Positions 30,118 through 45,374 are shown, counted from the stretch's first letter. The stretch is 64,000 nucleotides of DNA from Octopus vulgaris (GCA_951406725.2 OX597834.1:33108001-33172000), one strand, 5' to 3'. The notes: a model not told the origin generated them from the letters alone. Made by a program: numbers and translations.

Positions 30118-31268
30118 TATATATATGTATATATATATGTATATATGTTTTTATGCATATATATACATATATGTATGTGCGTGTATATAAATGTATGTGT
30201 GTACGCAAGTGTGTAGATGTGTAGGAAGGTAGGTAGCAGTTCGGCATAAGATATCGATGTAATAGGTGTAGAGCTTAAAATTAGTAAGTACTGGGATGAA
30301 TTCGTTCAACTAAAACCTTTCGGGGCGGTGCCCCAGTATGGCCACAGTTCAATTACTGAAGCAAGTAAAAAGTAAAAGATATATATGTGTTTGTGTGCTT
30401 GTGTACAAAATTTGTTATGTGTGTGTGTGTGTGTGTGTATTACATATATTATATATATATATGACTGTACCCACACATACATGTACATATATATGCAACA
30501 CACATGTATATGTTTATATGTGTGTGTATGTATACATACATATATACATGCATACATGCCTAAGCACATACATACATACATACATACATACATACATACA
30601 TACATACATACAAACATACATACATACATACATACATACATACATACATACATACATACATACATACATACATGCGTACGTACGTACATATATACAATCA
30701 TTCAATATTTTATAGACTGCTGAATTAAGATTGCCAATACGTGGAAATTTTCTGCTAGAACCATATTAGTTTGGGTCCAAGGAATCTAAGGTTGAAAATG
30801 TCGAGACCGCTTTTTACCCTAGATTGCATTGCACATGATGGGTCTTAGCTCATCCTTGTACTTGTTATGCATGCAGTGTGTGTGTATGCGTGTGTGTGTC
30901 TGTGCGTGTATGTGTGTTTATGAAAGTAAATTTACACATGCACTCTCACACATAGGCGCGCATAATTATGTGTGTGTGTGCGTATCTATATGTACATAGA
31001 TATACACGCTTATATGTAGATGTATATATACACATTCATATAGACCTACATATACTCATATATACACACAGTCACACACACAACACACACACATATATGG
31101 GGAGAGAGAGAGAAACAGCGTCAAACAAAGACACACGCAGTCATGCGAGTTCACAAACACACACACACACGTTGCTTACACGTCAACAAGTATGTGTATG
31201 CTCTCCCTCTTGGTGCATTTCCTTACTCTTCTCTCCGTAGGGTCGGGCAATTAACATAAGCACACAAG

Positions 31269-31498
31269 GCGGCGAGCTGGCAGAATCGTTAGCACGCCGG
31301 ACAAGATGCTTAGCAGTATTTCATCTGCCACTACATTCTGAGTTCAAATTCCGCCGAGGTCGACTTTGCCTTTCATCCTTTCGGGGTCGATTAAATAAGT
31401 ACCAGTTACGCACTGGGGTCGATATAATCGACTTAATCCGTTTGTTTGTCCTTGTTTGTCCTCTCTGTGTTTAGCCCACTGTGGGTAGTAAAGAAATA
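31269..31498 (+). mobile_element. SINE family B, full-length monomer with 13-bp TSD
   Basis: TSD ATAAGCACACAAG at 31256-31268 and 31499-31511; B-box GAGTTCAAATTCC; central GCCTTTCATCCTTTCGGGGTCGAT..AAGTACCAG resembles the MetaSINE/Sauria-SINE central domain (from memory, unverified). Confidence 0.92.
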
Positions 31499-31599
31499 AT
31501 AAGCACACAAGTTTCGCACATTGGTAACATTACTTACTTTCTTTATATCAAATTATTTTTTAAATACAATGTCCTTCAGTACGTGTGTCACTGCTCTGC

Positions 31600-31974
31600 T
31601 CTCTATCTATCCGCTCAGTCGAAGTCGACTCTCGGTCACTCATTGGATCAGTGTCCTCCAGTCAGTTCTATCCTGGGCCGCATCCTTCAGATTGGCCATG
31701 TCCATTCTGGTATCACTCTTGATGGTGTCAAGCCAGCGGGTTCTTGGTCGGCCTCTTCCTCTCTTGCCACTGACTATTCCGAGCATGACGTCCTTCTCTG
31801 GGGATTTTCTCCGCATAATATGACCAAAATATGCCAATCTATGCTTGGTGATCCCAGCTTCTAGCGACATTTTCGGCCTTATCTGCTTAAGAACTTCTCC
31901 ATTGGTGAGCCTCGCTGTCCATGGAATCCGCAAAAGTCTTCTCCAACACCAAAGCTCGAATGCATTAATTCTCT
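31600..31974 (-). mobile_element. RTE (BovB-like) LINE 3' end, 5'-truncated
   Basis: INAFELWCWRRLLRIPWTAR...YFGHIMRR...GKRGRGRPRTRWLD; 3' UTR GAGTCGACTTCGACTGAGCG followed by a short repeat tail. Confidence 0.93.
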
Positions 31975-32282
31975 TCTATATGTACATAGATATACACGCA
32001 TATGTTATTATCTAATTTATTTCGAGATTTCTTGCCAATAGAGAAAGAGCCAGTTTCTAACATAGGTCCAAATCTCCTGCGTTGGAATTTCAACACCATC
32101 AACAGGTTTGTTGCGTATGTATCTGAATATATGTGCAAGTATTTCGAGTCAACGCGTGTGCAGACTTGTATGTTTTGTATTATATATGAATGCTCAAGCA
32201 TATATTAGGTTGTTTCACATGAAATGACGAATTTTTAATTACTCTTTATTTCAGTCATTTAAAAACTCAATTATGTATACCT

Positions 32283-33902
32283 ATTTCCTTACATAACTGG
32301 TACTTAATTTATCGACCCCGGAGGGATGAAAGGCAAAGTCGACCTCGGCGGAATTTGAACTCAGAACGTAGCGGCAGACGAAATACCTATTTCTTTACTA
32401 CCCACAAGGGGCTAAACATAGAGGGGACAAACAAGGACAGGCAGACGGGTTAAGTCGATTATATCGACCCCAGTGCGTAACTGGTACTTAATTTATCAAC
32501 CCCGAAAGGATGAAAGGCAAAGTCGACCTCGGCGGAATTTGAACTCAGAACGTAGCGGCAGACGAAATACCTATTTCTTTACCCACAAGAGGCTAAACAT
32601 AGAGGGGACAAACAAGGACAGGCAGACGGGTTAAGTCGATTATATCGACCCCAGTGCGTAACTGGTACTTAATTTATCAACCCCGAAAGGATGAAAGGCA
32701 AAGTCGACCTCTGCGGAATTTGAACTCAGAACGTAGCGGCAGACGAAATACCTATTTCTTTACTACCCACAAGGGGCTAAACATAGAGGGGACAAACAAG
32801 GACAGGCAGACGGGTTAAGTCGATTATATCGACCCCAGTGCGTAACTGGTACTTAATTTATCAACCCCGAAAGGATGAAAGGCAAAGTCGACCTCTGCGG
32901 AATTTGAACTCAGAACGTAGCGGCAGACGAAATACCTATTTCTTTACTACCCACAAGAGGCTAAACATAGAGGGGACAAACAAGGACAGGCAGACGGGTT
33001 AAGTCGATTATATCGACCCCAGTGCGTAACTGGTACTTAATTTATCAACCCCGAAAGGATGAAAGGCAAAGTCGACCTCTGCGGAATTTGAACTCAGAAC
33101 GTAGCGGCAGACGAAATACCTATTTCTTTACTACCCACAAGGGGCTAAACATAGAGGGGACAAACAAGGACAGGCAGACGGGTTAAGTCGATTATATCGA
33201 CCCCAGTGCGTAACTGGTACTTAATTTATCAACCCCGAAAGGATGAAAGGCAAAGTCGACCTCTGCGGAATTTGAACTCAGAACGTAGCGGCAGACGAAA
33301 TACCTATTTCTTTACTACCCACAAGAGGCTAAACATAGAGGGGACAAACAAGGACAGGCAGACGGGTTAAGTCGATTATATCGACCCCAGTGCGTAACTG
33401 GTACTTAATTTATCAACCCCGAAAGGATGAAAGGCAAAGTCGACCTCTGCGGAATTTGAACTCAGAACGTAGCGGCAGACGAAATACCTATTTCTTTACT
33501 ACCCACAAGGGGCTAAACATAGAGGGGACAAACAAGGACAGGCAGACGGGTTAAGTCGATTATATCGACCCCAGTGCGTAACTGGTACTTAATTTATCAA
33601 CCCCGAAAGGATAAAAGGCAAAGTCGACCCCGGCGGAATTTGAACTCAGAACGTAGCGGCAGACGAAATACCTATTTCTTTACTACCCACAAGGGGCTAA
33701 ACATAGAGGGGACAAACAAGGACAGGCAGACGGATTAAGTCGATTATATCGACCCCAGTGCGTAACTGGTACTTAATTTATCAACCCCGAAAGGATGAAA
33801 GGCAAAGTCGACCTCGGTGGAATTTGAACTCAGAACGTAGCGGCAGACGAAATACCGCTAAGCACTTCGCCCGGCGTGCTAACGTTTCTGCCAGCTCGCC
33901 GC
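32283..33902 (-). mobile_element. Multimeric SINE B: one head plus ~9 tandem 184-bp body units
   Basis: GTCGAC anchor at 32338, 32522, 32703, 32887, 33071, 33255, 33439, 33623, 33807; 17-bp TSD CTCAATTATGTATACCT at 32266-32282 and 33903-33919. Confidence 0.95.
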
Positions 33903-34194
33903 CTCAATTATGTATACCTTGCATTTAATCTTGACTCCTTTTCTTTGCCAACAATATTGGTATACAAAATTCGTACCCACAGACCTTATGAAAATGATAA
34001 CAGCGAAACTATGTTGAGTGATTTTCTCGTATGAGTACAAAATGGGTCACCCTCCCGCAGAAACTCTACGGAAAATCAAGCGGGCCTTTGGTAATGGCTT
34101 TGTTGACATCTGAACTGTTCAGAAAAGGGTTCCAAAGCTCACGGCCTTAAGTTTGTGAACCGAGTGCCCTAACCACTGAGCCACGCGCCTTCAC

Positions 34195-34309
34195 AACAAC
34201 GTCAACAACAACTGAAACAACAACTGAAACAACAACGAAACTATCCATAACTTATTAATCAAAAGGATCTACTTTTACCACTACTACACTAGTCAACACC
34301 ATCACTACC

Positions 34310-34341
<32 letters not shown>

Positions 34342-34490
34342 CAACAACGACTAGTATTGTAACTATGGCAACAATAACAACTACTGCTACTACTATTGCT
34401 ATAGCAATAACAAAAGCAACAACAATATCCGTAAACTCAACAACGGCGGTAACTATGGCAACAAGTGGAACGCTAACGACTACTACTACG

Positions 34491-34522
<32 letters not shown>

Positions 34523-34523
34523 A

Positions 34524-34555
<32 letters not shown>

Positions 34556-34556
34556 A

Positions 34557-34627
<71 letters not shown>

Positions 34628-34784
34628 CAGAACTACTACTACTACTTCTACTACTACAACTTCTGCTACTACTACTACTACAACTACTACTACTACTACC
34701 AGGACTACTACTACTACTTCTACTACTACAACTTCTGCTACTACAACTACTACAACTACTACAGCTACTACTACTACTACCACC

Positions 34785-34816
<32 letters not shown>

Positions 34817-35030
34817 AAAATCAACATCAACATAAAATAACAACAGCAACACCATCATCATCAACAACAACAACTACAACAGCAACAGCAGCAACAACAA
34901 CACCGACAACAACAGCAAGAATAGCGACATCAACAACAAGAACACCAGCAACAACAACAACACCAACAGCAGCAACAGCAACATCAGCAGCAGCAGCAGC
35001 AGCAGCAGCAGTAGCAGCAGCAGCCACAAT
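34195..35030. repeat. Compound (ACT)n/(AAC)n/(AGC)n triplet repeats
   Basis: Directly visible. Confidence 0.9.
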
Positions 35031-35372
35031 AGGATCGTGCATCCCTGTGGAAAGACTTGGTCAAAGCCAAGTTAGGTTTTATAATCGGTGAATGTCAATG
35101 GTTGCACAATGGAAGCTGACTCGGTATTGTTTTTCTTCCGTTGATGTTTGGCCGCCATCTTGCCGTTTGATGTTGTAAGCAAATATGGCGACCGAAACAG
35201 CACGTTTGCGAAACGGCAACAATAACAAGAACAAAGGCCTGAGCGAAAAATAAATAAATAAATAAATAAATAAATAACTGAAGTAAAAGAAAAACAAGAA
35301 TTAAAAAAACAAACAACTGCTACACAACAATAACAATAAAGACTAAACAAATCAACAAACACAAACAACATC

Positions 35373-35442
<70 letters not shown>

Positions 35443-35479
35443 TAACAACAACAACAACAACAACAACAATCCTCACTAC

Positions 35480-35602
35480 TATAGACACAAGGCCTGAAAT
35501 TTTGTGAGAGGGGACTAGTCGATTACATCGACCCCAATGTTTCACTGGTACTTAATTTATCGACCCCGAAAGGATGAAAGGCAAAATCGACCTCGGCGGA
35601 AT

Positions 35603-35654
<52 letters not shown>

Positions 35655-35820
35655 TAATAATAGTAATAATAACTACTCTACGCACAATGCCCGAAATTTT
35701 GCGGTAGGGGGGCCAGTCGATTAGATCGACCCTAGTATGCAACCGGTACTTAATTTATATTTATCAACCCCGAAAGGATGAAAAGCAAAGTCGACCTCGG
35801 CGGGATTTCGAACTCAGAAA
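35480..35820 (-). mobile_element. Two partial SINE B copies separated by (TAA)n
   Basis: CTGGTACTTAATTTATCGACCCCGAAAGGATGAAAGGC near 35546 and a variant near 35744. Confidence 0.8.
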
Positions 35821-35885
35821 ACTAATATACATATATATATATATATGCATATATATATATATATATATATATTTACATATATATA

Positions 35886-35930
<45 letters not shown>

Positions 35931-36035
35931 TTACACACATATATACACACACATATATATACGAGTATATGTATGTATGTGTGTATGTATACATATGTAT
36001 ATGTATATAATATATCAATTATATATAAATATATA

Positions 36036-36220
36036 GTTAATCCAAACATGAAAACACAAAGAGAAAACACAACAACGCGGGGACGTGGAACAAGTATAGT
36101 GTTATTGGACGCTCAAGAAAGGAAAGAAGGAAAGAGGATTTAACGTTTCGAGTGGAGCTCTTCGTCAGAAACGTAGGAAAAGGAAAGATCCAAGGAAAGA
36201 TCCAAGGAAAAAAATCGCCA

Positions 36221-36225
<5 letters not shown>
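36036..36225 (-). mobile_element. Penelope-like terminal repeat with hammerhead motif (36138-36172)
   Basis: Reverse complement GTTT-CTGACGA-A-GAG-ctcca-CTC-GAAA-CG-TT-AAAT; flanked by (TA)n. Confidence 0.6.
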
Positions 36226-36255
<30 letters not shown>

Positions 36256-36444
36256 AACCACAAACTACAACAAAACTTGTTAACATCATCATCATCATCA
36301 TCATCATCATCTGCGTCATCGCTTTACCTGTTAGAAATAGCAGCCAAATCTTCCTCAAGTCACAGGCTATGAGTAAAGAGACAAGGGTTATACACTGTAG
36401 CTCTTGATCTATAGAAATACAGGATTGTCATGCCTGGAACATGA

Positions 36445-36495
36445 GAGAATTTGATTGATGGAAACTGCGTGGAAGCTCGTCGATAAGTGTGTGTG

Positions 36496-36548
<53 letters not shown>

Positions 36549-36802
36549 AGTGTGTGTTTGTGTTTGGTTGTCAGGCTGTGGGGGAACGGCGACAAGCACA
36601 GACACAAACACGGTGTTGGTACGTTTACGGCACCGTAACTTAGCGGCTCGTCAAAAAGAATAAAATACGATGAGAAAAGCGCATAAAATAAAAAAAGAAA
36701 CCGTATGTCTTGGAGTCGATTTGTTCGACTAGAACCCTTCGTGGTGGTGCCCCAGCATGACCATAGTTCAATGACCGAGGCAAGGAAAAGAAGATGAAAG
36801 AT
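36445..36802 (+). mobile_element. SINE family A, 5'-truncated, diverged
   Basis: GATGGAAACTGCGTGGAAGCTCGTCG, (GT)n, CGTAACTTAGCGG, GGTGCCCCAGCATGACC. Confidence 0.75.
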
Positions 36803-37359
36803 ATCCGCCATTTTGTTTTTATGTTTGTTTGTGAGTGGGTTTGATGGGTTAATGCATTTATGAATGTGTATGGTGTAAGTGGTCGTTTGTGTTTATGTAG
36901 ACATATAGATGTGTGTATATATGTGTGTATGTGCGTATATATGTGTGTGTATATGTGTATGTATGTGTGTATGTGTGTATGTATGTGTGTATGTATGTGT
37001 GTATGTGTGTATGTATGCATGTGTGTGTGTGTATGTATGTGTGTATGTATTATGTATGTATGTATGTATGCGTGTGTTTGTATGTATGTGTGTATGATGT
37101 GTGTATGTATGTGTGCATGTAAGAGTATATGTATGTGTGTATGTGTGTATATAAGTATGTATGTGTGTGTATGTATGTATATGTATGTGTGTATGCGTGT
37201 GTATGTATGTATGTGTGTATGAGTGTGTGTATGTATGTGTGTGTGTGTGTGTATGAGTGTATGTATGTATGTATGTTTTGCTTGTATGTGTATAAGTGTG
37301 CATGTGTGTATGTATATGTATATATGTCTGTATGTACGCGTTTTGCTGATGCCTAATCC

Positions 37360-37360
37360 T

Positions 37361-37411
<51 letters not shown>

Positions 37412-37454
37412 CAGTAGTAGTAGCAGCAGCAGTAGCAGTAGTAGTAGCAGTAGC

Positions 37455-37493
<39 letters not shown>

Positions 37494-37791
37494 TGTTGTT
37501 GTTGTTGTTGTTGTTGTAGCTATCGTAGTAGAATTATTGTTATTAATATTGTTATTAGATTTCTTTCAAGTCAGTTTTCAATAAGTGTTAACGTCGGCAG
37601 CGGCGATGGCGGCGGGAACGGTTGGGCGAGGCGTCGTGGCGGAGGCGGCGCTGGCGTGGAGCAAATCCGTTTTTGAAGAAGAACAGGGCGAATGAATACG
37701 GCAGAAAAAATATATTCTAATAGATCTAGAATTTTTATTACGGCGGCGGCGACGACGACGACGACGACGATGACGATGATGATGACGATGG

Positions 37792-37822
<31 letters not shown>

Positions 37823-37947
37823 GGTGGTGGTGGTGGTGGTGGTGGTGGTGGTGGTGGTGATGATGATGATGGTGGTGGTGGTGGTGGTGATGATGATGGT
37901 GGTTGTGGTGGCGTTGGTGGTGGTGATGATGATGATGGTGCTGGTGG

Positions 37948-38011
<64 letters not shown>

Positions 38012-38308
38012 GGTAGTGGTGGTGGTGGTGGTGGTGATGGTGGTGGTGGTGGTGGTGGTAGCGGCGGCGGTGGTGGTGGTGATGATGATGATGATGAAGA
38101 TGATGATGACAAGGAGAAAGAGGAGAACGGTGAGTACACAGTGCCCGCGCATTCGTCTCACGTCCATATCTTTGTCAAACACGTGATTTCAGGGTTTGCT
38201 GTCATTGGTGATGATCATGACGACGATGATGATAATGATTATGATGATGATGACGATGTTGATGATGATGATGATGATGGCGATGATGAGGAACATGCTG
38301 ATGATGGC

Positions 38309-38367
<59 letters not shown>

Positions 38368-38368
38368 C

Positions 38369-38403
<35 letters not shown>

Positions 38404-38567
38404 CGACGACGATGATGATGGACGAGGAAGAGGAGGAGGAGGAGGCTCAAGATAATGAGCAATAGGATGATGGTGATGATGATGATGATGACAACGATGA
38501 CGACGGCGATGTCGGTGATGATGATGATGATAACGATGATGACGATGACGACGATGACAATGACTAC

Positions 38568-38616
<49 letters not shown>

Positions 38617-38620
38617 TCCA
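37360..38620. repeat. Compound (TAG)n/(GAT)n/(GGT)n triplet repeats with short unique islands
   Basis: Directly visible. Confidence 0.9.
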
Positions 38621-39069
38621 TAGTATTCATTTCGTTCGGATATTTTTATTCCCTCGACCCCTTCTTTTTTCGATTATATAAACCCAGATTGACCCCTTTC
38701 CTTAACCGCACGTATTATGCAAGCTGGTACCTTTTAAAATTCCCAGCCACCAGGTTGCACACTGCACACTACACCAGATACCACAATGCACTCGGCAGAA
38801 TCTTCATTCACACATCTTTGAGGTGCAGCTAAGCTTGATATTAAATACAGCCACGAAGATATGTTGCATCCGACAGACAGTCGCTTTTCGGTGCAACAGA
38901 ACGAAACGAGATGCACTTGGAAGAAGGAGATGTGTATGCGTTGCACATCTGTGCACGTGTTCAGCCTGTGGAGGTGTGTCACTTTTGGCTGCACGTTTCG
39001 CTGCACCGAGTATACAAACTCTCGTGCTACAATTACACTTAATCACCGTGGTAAACTTGCTGGGTCTGC

Positions 39070-39125
<56 letters not shown>

Positions 39126-39276
39126 GTGCATGTGCATATGTATTTGAATTTCTGTCTCTCTGTGTATATTGTTTACACTGTTGTGTGCGTGCGTGTATAG
39201 TGTGTATATAAATGCGTGTGTGTGTATAGGTGTGTAAGTGTGTGTATATATGAGTGTTTAATAGTTGTGTGTAGAC

Positions 39277-39317
<41 letters not shown>

Positions 39318-39411
39318 CATACATACATACATACATACATACATACATACATACATACATAAATACATACATACATACATAGATGTAGATATAGCTATAA
39401 ATATATGTTCA

Positions 39412-39508
<97 letters not shown>

Positions 39509-39608
39509 TTAGATATATATATGCATGTATGTATATGTCTATTATATTTGCATGTGTATGTGTGTGAGCATGTATACACACACACTCACACACACACAAA
39601 CACACACA

Positions 39609-39649
<41 letters not shown>

Positions 39650-39989
39650 ACACACATACACGAGATCCTGTCCGAAATGAAACGGAACTGTTCTGCTTAT
39701 AATTTGATCAGACTCGTCTCCTTCGAAACAGTTCCACCATCACCACCAGGACCACCATCACCACCAGGACCACCACCACCACCACCACTACCACCCTAAC
39801 CCTAACCCAATATTGATACACAGCCGCCAACGATTTTCCTATTTTTGGAATCCGTTTTTCAATAGACGTACACAATTCTCGTTGTGAACTTTTGTTTGAT
39901 CTCTTCCACTGTCTGAAATCGGTGACCTTTTGAGGGTTCTTTTCAAATTTAAGAACAACAAAAATAAAGGAAGGCAAAATATTTGTAGA

Positions 39990-40450
39990 GACCAAGTTCA
40001 GTGATTAAGGGTGGCCGTGGGAAGAATATAGTCTCGGATTTTACCAAAACGCCACAGATAAAGAATGACATGTGAAATGGTGCATGGCGGTTGTGCAATA
40101 TGTTTCGCTTGTCCGTGCCCCAGGCTTCTTAACTCAGCACTGCCGCACCAAAATGCCTCGAAGACATCCACAAAACCTTCTTTATTGATCGTCTGTTGGC
40201 GAATTTCTACGACTCCGTTAGCTCCTATTTCTGGTTTCCTAATTCCCCCGACTGTAATCCCATGGATTACTGTGTGAGGAGCGACGGTTGAGAAAGACAC
40301 CAACCGCTTTGCCTGCGACACCAAGGCTGAGCTGGTAGCCAAGATCAACGAGGTTCTTAAAGATCTTCTCAGGGACACAGTGAGGAATGCATACCCAAGG
40401 CCCGTGTTGAGGCCGTGGTGGAAGTTGAGGGCGGCTACTTTGAGCAAGCT
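39990..40450 (+). mobile_element. Tc1/mariner-superfamily transposase C-terminal remnant
   Basis: WFPNSPDCNPMDY (cf. WPPxSPDLNPLDY)...VEKDTNRFACDTKAELVAKINEV...VEAVVEVEGGYFE across frameshifts. Confidence 0.7.
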
Positions 40451-41035
40451 GTTATCTCCCAGCTATAATCTAGTTGATATTTTCTTTAATTTAAAAAAAA
40501 ACACTTTTATTTTTGGATGGCTTATTGTATTTTCTTTTATGCACAGTCGTATAGTACACGTAAAGCTACTTACACCACGTTTCATGTGTTCGACTTCAGA
40601 GCAAATTAAATATAGTGTCAGGAATGCAGAAAAAATTCTGCCTTTTGTAAGCATCATTAGAAAGCGAAGAGCTTTCATGTAAGTGTATGTTACATTCTGT
40701 GTGTGATTGCCACTATTCATTGATCGACCATCTGACCACATAGAATAAATTCACGATAAACAATGACCTTCTAATGGAAATAAATTACGATCGACATCTT
40801 CTCCATGTCTGAGCGATTCCGATATCGTTCTCTTTAAATTCCTCGAGGTAACACTGACCCAATCCACTGCTGTGACTCCCTATTTGAACACCGTCGCTGT
40901 GCACCCACGTTTTGTCACGTATTACGATATTTCACAGAAGGGTATCATCAGTATTCGAACACTCAAATACCTTCTTCCTTACTACCACTCGATTCTCGTT
41001 TTCTATCATCATCATCATCATTATTATTTTTTTTT

Positions 41036-41321
41036 TCTTCTTCTTTCAAATTTGCTTCCATTTCTTGCCGAGCGTCTTCCCGACTCCTAGGGCAAAGAAA
41101 CTCATAGTATACATTGGTAGGCCATTAAACCAAACTCAATAGTTCGTTCATTTTTTTTTTTTTAAGGTTAAATTAAAATACATGGGCAGTAACAGCTCTC
41201 ACAGCGACAATGCTCTTCTCAATACGTGTGATGTACCAGTTAAGACAATCTTTTGCACTTCTTGCAGGGATGGTAAGCCAGGGATCATTCTCATATAATT
41301 TTCGTTTCCCTTCTTGATCAT
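41036..41321 (-). mobile_element. R4/Dong-type LINE extreme 3' end
   Basis: MIKKGNENYMRMIPGLPSLQEVQKIVLTGTSHVLRRALSL*, homologous to the C-terminus of ORF 42134-42913; abuts (TTA)n. Confidence 0.8.
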
Positions 41322-41323
41322 TC

Positions 41324-41385
<62 letters not shown>

Positions 41386-41957
41386 GAGTGAAAGAGCAGT
41401 GCATGCCATCAAAGTGACATTGGGGTAAAATATACAAAGACCAGTATACTCGTCATGACTAACCGTCTGATAAGGGTATACCAGGCACATGCATCACAAC
41501 CCTATGTACGAGACATGGTGATTTCCTATCAAGATAAACAGCGCATGACCTTGCAGGTGGGAGCCCAGTCAGAATTTTCTTCAGGTCGAGTAGCTCATCC
41601 CGCTCAAACCGTCCCTGAATAAGAGTTGTTTATGGATGCTGAACGAAACACCCATGTTTCCAGAGATGAATTATCCAAACTCCAATGAATTCCTTTCAAC
41701 ACACGGCCATGATGCTCCCCCACTACTTCTGCTCGTGATCAGAGACACAAATATCGTCAGCCACTAAGGGACATGGTCAACTGGTTAAGGTCAAGCAACT
41801 GACAAGCAAATCTGTATTGAGCAGTATATTTGCTGTAGCTCATCTTTTTATACCAAGGCGAAACAGTGTACATGATAACACTTCCAATCAGTCAAGATCA
41901 GAAGCCATGAAAGCCACTGCTTGGTACTGCATCAGGGCATTGGTACTGCATCAGAGC

Positions 41958-41959
<2 letters not shown>
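41386..41959. mobile_element. Unclassified ~570-bp insert within (TTA)n
   Basis: Complex sequence bounded on both sides by pure (TTA)n; ends with a 19-bp tandem duplication TGGTACTGCATCAG(G/A)GCAT; no recognisable ORF. Confidence 0.5.
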
Positions 41960-42036
<77 letters not shown>

Positions 42037-42039
<3 letters not shown>

Positions 42040-42943
42040 TAGTTTTATTTTTATAGCGTGCTTTCACTTCACTACCGAGCGCAGCTCTGTGTGCCTTGGG
42101 TATGTGCTGTGATTTGTTGTGATGCTCTGATGGTTATTGTATGGAAAGTGTTCTGCGTAGGATGTGTGCAGTGCCTAGTAGTGCAATTTTCTGTATGTTA
42201 TATGTGTTTGTAAGTCCTGGTGTTTTTGTTATGTATTTGTCTGAATATTTTTTTATCATGCCTAATGCACCTACTATGATAGGAATTGTTTCTGTTTTCA
42301 GATTCCACATTCTAGTTACCTCTATTTCCAGGTCTTTGTATTTTGAGAGTTTCTCCATTTCTTTTAGAGACACGTTGTCATCTGCCGGTATTGATACATC
42401 AATTAGAAAGCATTTTTTTTCTTCATGATCTCTGACAACTATATCTGGTCTGTTGGCCTTAATTTCTCTATCTGTGTGTATCGGCATATCCCAGAGTATG
42501 GTTGCTTTCTCGTTTTCTGTGACCTTTTCTGGTGTGTGCCTATACCATCTTTTTTCTGTTGTTATTCCATAATGTTGGCATAGTTTCCAATGTATGTAGG
42601 TTCCAACTCTGTCATGTCTGTGAATATATTCCTTCTTAGCCAGGATTGGGCAGCTAGAGATAATATGATTTATTGTTTCTTGTCCATCTCCACATATTCT
42701 GCAGTTACTTGTAATATTTCTTTTCATTACATGTTTTTGGTAATTTCTGGTGGGGAGGCTTTGGTCTTGTGCTGCAATTAAAAATCCCTCTGTTTCTGCT
42801 CTGAGCCCTGAGCTTCTCAACCATTGCTGGGATTTTTCTTTGTCTATTTCTTTTGCGTTTAGTTTAGTGCAGTATTTACCATGAAGGGGCTTTTCTTGCC
42901 ATCGTTTTATCATGGTTCGTTGCTGTTCTATTTTTAGTTTGGA

Positions 42944-42944
<1 letters not shown>
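42037..42944 (-). mobile_element. R4/Dong-clade LINE 3' part with open ORF (CCHC knuckle and restriction-like endonuclease)
   Basis: ORF 42134-42913: CRICGDGQETINHIISSC, RHD, RPDIVV...LIDVS...EKLSKYKDL; flanked by (TTA)n, the known Dong target. Confidence 0.93.
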
Positions 42945-43022
<78 letters not shown>

Positions 43023-43054
43023 TGTTGTTATTATTATTATTATTATTATTATTT

Positions 43055-44973
<1,919 letters not shown>

Positions 44974-45243
44974 ATTATTATTATCATCATCATCATTATT
45001 ATTATTATTATCATCATCATCATCATCGTTGTTGTTGTTATTTTCACCTGAAAGACGACGTAATACAAATTTTGTAGAAACACAAATTCTTTTAAAACCA
45101 TGAAGCACGAGCTTTTACGGATACCGGGTTCTTCGGAAACTATACAGACAATCAGCTGATGACTTTTGCAGATCCCAGTGCGTGCTTGAGCAACGTGATC
45201 GTCGCCCAGACGCAACAGCTGCTCTATACAATTAATTACCTAA

Positions 45244-45320
<77 letters not shown>

Positions 45321-45374
45321 GAGCAGTATTTACTTTCTTAAGATGTTCAGCTTCATAAATGCTTCAAATATATG

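Noticed and set aside
32283-33902. CRISPR-like regular array
   Set aside because: Units are near-identical throughout with no unique spacers; they are SINE B bodies
39794-39808. CCCTAACCCTAACCC telomere-like repeat
   Set aside because: Only 2.5 units at the end of a CCA tract
42134-42913. 259-aa ORF as a host gene
   Set aside because: It is a 5'-truncated R4/Dong LINE ORF bounded by (TTA)n
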